From NCBI GenBank assembly GCA_030390025.1, contig CM059432.1, forward strand, positions 31,684,001 through 31,748,000: 64,000 nucleotides of DNA. Reading direction: 5' to 3'. This document shows positions 1 to 8,900 of the stretch, piece after piece. Under the pieces are notes generated by a model. The model was not told where the DNA came from, searched no databases, and saw only the letters and a list, made by a program, of their open reading frames with translations. A program made the position numbers and the translations under genes. The stretch's first letter is position 1; each line of letters opens with the position of its first letter. Origin of the DNA: Squalus acanthias (lineage: Eukaryota).

Positions 1-74
1 CATTTGTGACTTTGATGAGGGCCGTTTCGGTACTGTGGCAAGGGCGGACACCTGATTGGAGGGATTCAAACATG

Positions 75-1262
75 CAAAGTTAAAGCACATGGGATTGGGC
101 ATAAGGTACTGATTTGGATAGAGAACTTGTTGGCAGACAGGAAGCAAAGAGTTGGAATAAACGGGTCTTTTTCCGAGTGGCAGGCAGTGACTAGTGGGGT
201 ACCGCAGGGATCGGTGCTAGGACCCCAGCTATTCACAATATATATTAATGATCTAGACGAGGGAACTAGATGAAATATCTCCAAGTTTGCAGACAACACA
301 AAGCTGGGTGGGCGTGTGTGCTGTGAGGAGGATGCAGAGAAACTCCAGTATGATTTGGACAGGTTGGGTGATTGGGCAGATGCATGGCAGATGCCGTATA
401 ATGTGGATAAATGCGAGGTTATCCACTTTGGTGGCAAAAACAGGAAGACAGATTATTATCTGAATGGCAATAGATTGGGAAAAGGGGAAGTGCAACGAGA
501 CCTGGGTGTCCTTGTGCACCAGTCGCTGAAGGTAAGCATGCAGGTGCAGCAGGCGGTTAAGAAGGCAAATGGTATGTTGGCCTTCATAGCGAGAGGATTC
601 TAGTACAGGAGCAAGGATGGCTTGCTGCAGTTGTACAGGGCCTTGGTGAGACCACACCTTGAGTATTGTGTGCAGTTTTGGTCGCCTTATCTGAGGAAGG
701 ATGTTCTTGCCATGGAGGGAGTGCAGCGAAGATTCACCAGATTGATACCTGGGATGGCAGGAATGATGTATGAAGAGAGATTGGGTCGATTAGGCTTATA
801 TTCACTAGAGTTTAGAAGAATGAGAGGGGATCTCATTGAAACTTATAAAATTCTAACAGGACTAGACAGACTAGATGCAGGAAGGATGTTCCCGATGGCA
901 GGTGAGTCCAGAACCAGGGGTCACAGTCTAAGGATAAGGGGTAAGCCATTTAGGACTGAGATGAGGAGGAATTTCTTCACCCAGAGAGTGGTGAACCTGT
1001 GGAATTCTCTACCACAGAAGGCAGTTGAGGCCAATTCATTAAATATATTCAAGAAGGAGTTAGATATATTTCTTAAGGGAGAAGTCGCACAACACCGGCA
1101 TCTCCGCATCATATTTCTTAAGGCTAAAGGGATCAAGGGATATGGGGAGAAAGCAGGGACAGGGTACTGAATTTGGGTGATCAGCCATGATCTCATTAAA
1201 TGGCGGAACAGGCTTGAGGGGCCGAATGGCATACTCCTGCTCCTATCTTCTATGTTTCTATG
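75..1262 (+). mobile_element. 5'-truncated, degenerate CR1-type LINE (RT C-terminal part and 3' UTR)
   Basis: Fragmented ORFs 316-603 and 622-1170 carry CR1 motifs (KCEVIHFG, LYRALVRPHLEYCVQFWSP, FFTQRVVNLWNSLP). Ends in a short (TTCTATGT)-type tail at about 1248-1262. Inserted into an older L2-type element (1-74 and 1263-1650). Confidence 0.9.
1079..1110. mobile_element. 32-bp miniature Penelope-derived insertion
   Basis: GAGAAGTCGCACAACACCGGCATCTCCGCATC is flanked by a 13-bp direct repeat ATATTTCTTAAGG (1066-1078 and 1111-1123). Its two halves match the two ends of the element at 61795-61954. Confidence 0.8.
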
Positions 1263-1650
1263 GGATTGCAGGAAAGATAGGCACGGATTTGGGAGGCAAC
1301 AACACATTCAAGGACTTTGGAGAGGAAAGGGAGGTTGCAGATGGGGCGGTAGTTTGCAAGGACGGAGGGATCAAGGTTTGTTTTTTTGAGGAGAGGGGTG
1401 ATAACGGCAGATTCGAGGGAGAGGGGGACAGTACCTGAGGAGAGAGAACCGTTAACAATATCAGCTAACATGGGAGCCAGAAAAGGAAGTTGGGTGGTCA
1501 GCACTTTGGTGGGAATAGGGTCGAGGGAGCAGGAGGTGGGTCTCATAGACAAGATGAGCTCAGAGAGATCATGAGGGGAGATCGGAGAGAAACTGGAGAA
1601 AGATGTGAGTTCAGGGCTAGGGCAGTGGGGGAACTTTAGAGGAAATAGCT
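1263..1650 (-). mobile_element. Degenerate L2-type LINE RT fragment (continues at 1-74)
   Basis: Minus ORF 1250-1552 reads CSLDPIPT..LAPMLADIVNGSLSSGTVP..AVITPLLKK..LDP..NYRPICNLPFLSKVLE, typical of an L2/CR1-group RT N-terminus. Confidence 0.8.
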
Positions 1651-2069
1651 AAGGATGAAACTGACTAAGATCTGGAGGTCTTCATAGACTCTAGGTTCAA
1701 TATTTCCAATCAGTGCTGAGCAGCACATCAACAAAATCAGCCATGATCTAACCGAATAGCAGAAGGGGCAAAATGGCCAACTCTTGTTCCTATGTAACAA
1801 AGCAAATTGAATTCTGAACTACATAGCTAAAACAATAAGTAGTCCGAGGAAGTCATGGTCAACCTGTATAGTGCTCTGGTCAGACCAAAATCTCGAGTGA
1901 TATGCCCAGATCTGATCCAAGACACAACGAAGGCATTCAAACACTCGAGGAAATTAAGGAGACGACGATGACAACTTGTATTTATATAGCGCCTATAACG
2001 TAGTAAAACGTCCCAAGTCGCTTCACAGGAGTATTATAAGACAAAAAATCTGACACCGAGCCACATAAG

Positions 2070-2394
2070 AAAGACTTGCGTTTATATAGCGCCTTTCACG
2101 ACCACCGGATGTCTCAAAGCGCTTTACAGCCAATGAAGTACTTTTGAAGTGGAGTCACTGTTGTAATGTGGGAAATGCAGCAGCCAATTTGTGCACAGCA
2201 AGGTCCCACAAACAGCAATGTGATAATAACCAGATAATCTGTTTTTGTTATGTTGGTTGAGGGATAAATATTGGCCAGGACACCGGGGATAACTCCCCTG
2301 TTCTTCTTCAAAATAGTGCCATGAGATCTTTTACATCCACCTGAGAAAGCAGATGGGGCCTCGGTTTAACGTCTCATCTGAAAGACGGCACCTC
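2070..2394 (-). mobile_element. Deu-domain SINE (SacSINE1-like), 3' part; 5' part lies at 15260-15397, split by the provirus
   Basis: Reverse complement matches the intact + strand copy at 62542-62995. Removing the provirus and one CCTC restores ...AAAGACGGCACCTCCGACAGTGCAGCACTCC... Confidence 0.85.
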
Positions 2395-2970
2395 TGTAGA
2401 ATTCGCAATATATCGCGATTTTATTAATAAGGAGAAAAACACAGAGTTTCGTTCAAACAGCTTTTATTTCAGCAGAATGCTGTCAGGTTTCAAAGTGGAC
2501 ACAAGCAGCTTGTAAAATGGCCGCCGCACCTCGTGGCGGAACATTCTAGACTTTTCGACAGGCAGACAAGATGGCGTTCCAATAAACATTTGTGCAAGAT
2601 CGATTAAGACTCAGCACATTGAAGATAATACACGAGACATCATGGGTTTACAGTATACACATAAATACTGAAATCGGTCTCCCAGGTACGAATGAAAGCT
2701 ATTGTACCAAGTAATCAAGAGCCCATCCAAAGACATTAATATGTAAAATCCCAACGACTCTACGATGAGAGAGCCGTTAGCGGGTAGTTACAGAAAACAC
2801 TTGGAAGCCCCAAAACCCCTCCAGGGAGAACACCGACCGATTAAACAATGGGAGAAATATTAACAGGTACTCAGACATTTACGAGTAGCCCCGAAACCCA
2901 TTAAAAACGGAGATCACCCTATACAAGACATTTGAGCGCCAAACCCTAACAAAAGAAAAGACATTAAGGT

Positions 2971-3004
2971 TGGGCGGGAAACGGAAGATTTTGTACTATA
3001 ATTA
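2971..3004 (+). promoter_or_regulatory. Putative LTR core promoter: GC box, ETS-like site and TATA-like box
   Basis: TGGGCGGG (2971-2978), ACGGAAG (2981-2987) and TATAATTA (2997-3004), followed by a pyrimidine-rich initiator-like tract. YY1-like AAAATGGCCGCC and AAGATGGCG motifs lie upstream in U3. Motif inference only. Confidence 0.5.
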
Positions 3005-3856
3005 CAAGCTCCAAACCGTCCATCTCTCTCTTATCCTCTTATCTTGCTGGTGTTCATCCTCGTGGCTGCTCCTGTGCTCTTGACTCGCCGTCTTGTTCCT
3101 GCTTGCCTCGTGTCTCTTTTAAAAGACTGTTGAACTTTGTGATCCGCTCGGATCTACCTCGTGTCGTGTCGCGAAGACCTGTGTAGAACTGGGCTCTGAA
3201 GCCTTGAAGCGGGCGCACCATTCCGATAAGTCGGTAAACGGTGTCGGAACCGAAGGCCCAAGACGAGATGAGATGAGATGAGATGAGATGAGAAGAGAAG
3301 AAGACCATACTTATCGCCACGGTCAGTAAGCCCCGACCGCGCCTGTAGGTCGAATAGACATTTTCCTTGCCAGGAAGACTTCTTTGAGTTCTACAGAACT
3401 GACACAGGAAGACTCTTCTTCGAGTTTTATCGAACCGGTGTGAGGGCACAGGAAGACTCTTTTTTTGAGTAGAGTCGGAACTCCGAGGACAACACAGATC
3501 TTCATGACAGCAGACGTTCCAGCCTGCTAGCCGGAGCAGAACGAGTAAACAAGTGGGGCCAGGAGACCCCCTGATCGACACGTGGGTGCTGCGGTGAAAA
3601 ACATCCGATCAGAGTTTTCGGAATTCTCCGAGTTATCACGAGTGGTGAGCATGAGTCTCGAATCCTACGAATCTAGCTAGGACAGATATTGATAGGGGAG
3701 GGTTTCAAGTATTAAGGATAATTGTAATGTGTGCCCCCATTTACGGTGTGTCATTCGTTCCTCGTTTCCCTGAAATTAGTTACATAACTGCGTGTAAGAT
3801 TGTACTGTCATGAATCTGTGCTTATGACATGTATTTCGTAATCTTAAGTATTATGC

Positions 3857-3862
3857 AATAAA
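3857..3862 (+). terminator. Putative LTR polyadenylation signal (3' LTR copy at 15007-15012)
   Basis: The only AATAAA I found downstream of the TATA-like box within the LTR. Confidence 0.5.
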
Positions 3863-4109
3863 GATTTTCCATTTCGTACCATTCAACCGAGTCTACCTGA
3901 GTTTCATCTCCATTACTGCTCTCGCATCTAAGTCCAGTGTCTAGAACCGTAAGGGCGAGTGGGTCGAACCACTCACAGGTGTGTCTAGTGCTCCCAGACT
4001 GGCTGGAGACCAGAACAGGCAATAAGGCCTAAACCCGCACTAGCATCCAGGCTGCACAGAGCCACACGAATCTCACAGGCTGAGAGACGGTCAGAAACCC
4101 TTACAGAAA

Positions 4110-5915
4110 ATGGCGACCGCGGCAGGACACTGGCAGCGAGAGGGTAGTGTGTTAGACTTTGGTGTGAATGTACGAAATGTTATGCAGGAAAAGATAGCAG
4201 ATTATGTGTTCGGAAAGGTAAATCTAACTAAGAAATGGATAAGTGACCTGTTAGCGGATAAGAGTCCACTAGAGGCAGCCGAGAGGTGGACAGATAGTAA
4301 GGAACATAAAAAGACAGTCGAGAAAGCAGTCTGGTTAATGTGTTACAAAAGGCAGGTCCAGATTTCAAACCAAGTCATTACAGCGCAAACAGCTCGGATC
4401 AGGCATTTAGAGGAGGAAATGGATGAGAAGGTCTCTGGAGGGGAGTTGCTCATTAGGAATTTAAGTGTGCTGCACCAAGAACGCCAGGAAATCACCAGTC
4501 ACCATAAAACAAGGATAGATTACCTCGAGTGCCAGGTCACTGAGGCAAAGTTAAGTGAGGGCAGACTAAAGGAACGATGTGCCCGCCAAGCTGCCCAGAT
4601 AAGAACCCAGGAAGAGAGCTTAACGGGGGTTAGGGCGGCATATAAGTTGTCCCTTGAGGATAAGTTTCAGGGGGCCGATCATAGCGCCTGCCAACAGGAG
4701 ATAGAGCACCTTAAAAGGGCCGTGAACAAAGCGCACGGCATGGTGTGCCTTATCAGTCCGTCAGCACACCAGCCGCTAGTAAATGAGGAGTTTCAGAAAT
4801 CCCCACCAAGTAAAGCAAAGGAAGTATTGGCCACTGCGCCCTCCACGCCACCCAGCTATTCGGAAACCTGGGTAAGGGAGGAAGTAGTGGAAGAAACGAA
4901 AGAGCCCACTGAGGGAGAAGTGGAAAAGGGACCGTTGTATCCGGTAACGGGTATAAAAAGGGGCCCAAACAGAAACGGGGAGGAAGAAGGGGTTCTCCTC
5001 AACCAGCTTGTGTTGCCTCACAGCTCACACCAGCTGAGAGTTATGATAAATCACGTACGGAAGCTGACCGAGTCAGACGACCCTTCCGTACATTTCAGAG
5101 AAATTGAGCAAACCGCAGCCATCAACGGCTGCGATGATGGGGAAACAGCAAAAATACTGTTATTTTCGTTAGGCAGTTCAATCCTTCAGTGTCTCTCGGA
5201 CGAGAGCAAGAGGGGAACCAAGACTTATGAGGCATTGAAAAATGAGGTCCTAGAAGTGTTGGGGGCGGACGATGAAGGTCCGTTTGCTAGAGTGGGACAG
5301 ACAGTGCAGATGGAGGGAGAACCCCCGAAGGTTTTTGCCGACAGGCTGTGGCCAGTATATCAGCGCAGCTGTCCAGGTGCGCCAGAGCGCGACGCCGTGG
5401 ACGGCGCCGGTTTAAATCATTGGCTCAGGTGTATAGTAGCCAACAGTTTGCCAGCCGTCAGAGAACAGGCAAAGGCGTGGTTTGATCCCAATGACCCCAA
5501 CATTACGGAAGACTCGGTCTTGAATCGACTCACGATAGGATATCGCAATATCAGGGGTATGGGAACACGTCCCCTTAAGGGAAAAGTACATGAGGTACGA
5601 CCCGCAGCCCCGGCTCAAAGGGAGTGGCATCAGGAGGGTAACCGCGCCCCGCAGGCAAGTAATGCTTGTTACGGGTGTGGGAGGACAGGGCACTGGCGCA
5701 AGAACTGCAGGAACCCTTGGAAGGATTCCAGGGATAAAAATCCCGCAGCCCGAGCCCAGATGCCTGTCTCTGTTAGGGAAGCTAGTGCACCCACCCCTCC
5801 CGACGACCTCGAATCAGTGTTGGGAGCCATGCGCAACTTCATGAGTGCGCATGGAAAAGTGGCGGTTGCTACCGGCCCCGTAGGTGCCGCAGGACCGTCT
5901 AACCAGACCCAATGA
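4110..5915 (+). CDS. gag: Gag polyprotein (601 aa)
   Basis: Open ORF with strong Kozak context (AAAATGG), an N-terminal coiled-coil-like region, a PPSY motif (4848-4859), a putative capsid region and a CCHC knuckle CYGCGRTGHWRKNC. Ends TGA at 5913-5915. Confidence 0.92.
   Translation: MATAAGHWQREGSVLDFGVNVRNVMQEKIADYVFGKVNLTKKWISDLLADKSPLEAAERWTDSKEHKKTVEKAVWLMCYKRQVQISNQVITAQTARIRHLEEEMDEKVSGGELLIRNLSVLHQERQEITSHHKTRIDYLECQVTEAKLSEGRLKERCARQAAQIRTQEESLTGVRAAYKLSLEDKFQGADHSACQQEIEHLKRAVNKAHGMVCLISPSAHQPLVNEEFQKSPPSKAKEVLATAPSTPPSYSETWVREEVVEETKEPTEGEVEKGPLYPVTGIKRGPNRNGEEEGVLLNQLVLPHSSHQLRVMINHVRKLTESDDPSVHFREIEQTAAINGCDDGETAKILLFSLGSSILQCLSDESKRGTKTYEALKNEVLEVLGADDEGPFARVGQTVQMEGEPPKVFADRLWPVYQRSCPGAPERDAVDGAGLNHWLRCIVANSLPAVREQAKAWFDPNDPNITEDSVLNRLTIGYRNIRGMGTRPLKGKVHEVRPAAPAQREWHQEGNRAPQASNACYGCGRTGHWRKNCRNPWKDSRDKNPAARAQMPVSVREASAPTPPDDLESVLGAMRNFMSAHGKVAVATGPVGAAGPSNQTQ
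4111..4128 (+). other. Primer-binding site, tRNA-Arg(TCG)
   Basis: TGGCGACCGCGGCAGGAC is the 18-nt reverse complement of the 3' end (...GTCCTGCCGCGGTCG-CCA) of vertebrate tRNA-Arg-TCG as I recall it. It sits 5 nt (GAAAA) after the LTR. Confidence 0.85.
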
Positions 5916-8900
5916 CTAGAGCCCGCGCAGCCCGTCTACCTGTGTCCGCTCAGCTATGATGCGTGGAAGCGACCCCTGGTGGAAATGGAGGTAGAGAAAC
6001 AGAAGGGTAGTTATTTGTTAGACACGGGAGCTTCTTGCACCGTGATTCATACAGATAGCCCTTTTGACTCACCGCTATCTACCAAGGTCCCATTCACATT
6101 AGCGGGGTTCACGGGAAAAGAACAGGCTGGCGCGTTCTCCTTTCCGCTATCCATTCGTTTGGGGGCACTTCACATCAAGTGGAAGTGCATATTGATGGAA
6201 TGGCAGGAGGGGGGTGGAAGAGGTATCCTCGGGTCCGATCTTCTATCAGGACACGGGATCCTCGTGGACCTCAGAAATCATTGTCTCTGGGGGGCTAAGA
6301 GTGAAAAAGGCGAGGTAGTGGTAATTCCGGGGGAGGAAGGAACAGGGGTCCTGTGTACCATGCAGCCATCCGGAGGCTACGACCTCGGGCTTATGGTCGC
6401 AGATGTCCCAACGGACATGCAAACGTACGTGTCAGATAATATGCACGCGTTTGCAACCCACAAGCACGATTGTGGGAGGGTTACCGGGTTTGAGGTCAGC
6501 GTAGATGGGGACCCCATGACCCGGCCCCAAAAGCAGTATAACTTCCCCAAAGAAGCAGAACCCGATATGGAGACAGCAATGTCCTCCTTGGTGCAGCAGG
6601 GCGTGTTGAGGCCAATAGCCACACACGTGAACTCCCCATTATGGCCGGTTAGGAAGCCGGATAATTCGTGGAGGGCCACGGTGGACTACAGAGTCCTTAA
6701 CAGTAACATTCCCGCCTGCGCGCCCACGGTAGCAGCAGTTGCTGACCTAATAGGGAGTATCCCAGCGTCCGCGACCACGTTCACGGTGCTGGATATCTCG
6801 AACGGTTTTTGGTCCATCCCGCTGCGGCGAGAGGACCAGTACAAGTTTGCCTTTACTTTCAAAGGACAACAGTACACATGGAACTGTCTGCCACAGGGTT
6901 TCCACAATAGCCCCAGTATTTTCCATCAGTGTATGGCAGGAAGTTTAAAGGAGTTTAGTCAGCCCCATCAGATAGTGCAGTACGTGGATGATTTGCTCCT
7001 GTTTACGGATTCAAGGGAGGAGCATGGACCACTGCTGGCCGAGTTATTGGAGCTGCTAGCGAGAAAGGGTTTTAAAGTAAACCCTAAGAAAGCACGTATC
7101 GGTCAGCAGGAAGTAAAATTCCTGGGACTGACCATTCGCGCTGGGGAAAGAGCCATAGATAAGGCTAGGAGGGAGTCGGTGCAAGAGTTACCGATTCCTA
7201 ACAACATAAGGGGTGTGAGGTCCTTCTTGGGACTGACCGGTTACTGCAGGGATTTTATCGAAGACTATGCGGCCACAGCGGCGCCGCTCCTCCGACTCCT
7301 CCATAAGGGAGTGGAGTGGTCTTGGGACGAGGGCTGCCAAGCAGCCTTCGAGAAGTTAAAAAGGGATCTGCAGACCGTGCCAGCCTTAGGGGCCATAGAT
7401 GGGGGGAAGGAGTTTTTCCTGGAGGTAGCTGCCAGCGGGGACAGCTTGAGCGCTGTGCTGCTCCAAGAGCGTCACGGCAAGCTGAGGCCGGTTGTCTATT
7501 CGTCCAGGGTGTTAACGGATGTGGAGAGAAGTTTCTCCAATTGCGAAAGGCACCTTTTAGCCACGCATTGGGCTGTGAAAAGATCAGCGATCTTCACAGG
7601 GCTCTCTCCCATCACTCTCCTCACCCACCACACACCAACTAAGATGCTTCTAGATGGGAGGATTAAAGATGGGACTGTAAGCAGCGTGCGTATTGCGCGC
7701 TGGACCCTTCTTCTTTCCCAGATGGATCTTAGAGTAAAAGGTCTTTGCGAGCCCAGGCTTGCGGCCAATTTGGTATACCCCGGTACAGCCCACCGATGTT
7801 CGGTGGAAGGGGTGTGGGACGTCAACATAGGTTTGCGGGCCGGGATACATCCCACTGGGCGCGAGATTTATGTTGATGGTTCTAGCACAGTATCTGCTGG
7901 CGAACGACTCACAGGGTGTGGAGTTTATGACCCTGCGGCAAACCTTGCCCTGGCGATCAAGCTCCCTAGCACCATGAGCGCGCAGCAGGCTGAGCTGTCT
8001 GCTGTGGTGTACGTTGTTACCCACCCAGACCTTTTCCCAACCCCATACACGATTTGCTCGGACAGTATGTTCACATGCAATTCGTGTACGGAATACCTGG
8101 CCATTTGGTCCCGCCGTGGATACACCTCCGCGGACGGGCGACCTTTAACGGTGAAGCCCTTGCTGGAAAAGATCCTAGCAGCAGTAGGGGAGGAAGGGGA
8201 GATTTTCATCCATAAGGTGAAAGCTCACTCCTCCACAGAGCCCCGTGGGGAGGGCAACCAGCAGGCGGATGCGCTAGCCAGGGAAGGTGCCCGCAACGGC
8301 ATTTTCTGGGACCCCTATGGGACCAGACCCATGGCAGTGATCCAAGGCAGGGACGGGAATCCCGGGAACTCCAGGGTAGCATTGCCCCTGGACCTTAAGA
8401 CCGTCCAAACCCAGGATCCCGCCCTAAAAGCAGTCCTAAAAACCATTGCTGAGGGGAAGCAAGTAGAGGGTCCGTACAGTACGGCAACCCTCTCAGTTAA
8501 GGAAGGCATGCTGTTCCGCGAGGAGCAGTGGGTTGTGCCGCAGCAGCACAGGAGGGAATTCCTCCAGTTGGCTCACGAGGGACCAGGGGCAGGGCACCCC
8601 GGGCCCGAGGTTACCTGGCAACGGGTAGAGCAAGCGGGATGGTGGCCAGGGCTCAGGGAACAGGTCCGAGAGTTCTGTGCAAACTGTCTTGTGTGCGCTG
8701 CAAACAACCCAGACCCCCAGAAAAGGAAAGTGCCCATGGGGCACGTAAGAAGGGTAGAGGGACCATGGCAGTCGATGCAGATCGACTATATAGGGCCCCT
8801 GCCCACCACCCAGGGAGGCTATAAATACTGCCTCGTCTTGGTGGATGTGTTTTCCAAGTGGGTGGAAGCCTTCCCCTGTCGAACAGCTACGGCACTGGGT

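Larger units (their letters stand above)
2395..4105 (+). repeat. 5' LTR (1711 bp)
   Basis: Starts TGTAGA and ends TTACA. Direct repeat of 13545-15255 with 4 substitutions found by eye (2415, 2502, 3260, 3753). Confidence 0.97.

Noticed and set aside
3054..3581. 175-aa antisense ORF in the LTR (also 14204-14731) as an accessory gene
   Set aside because: Non-ATG start, includes translation of the (GAGAT)n repeat (SSHLISSHLISS) and has no recognisable domain. Its duplication is explained by LTR identity.
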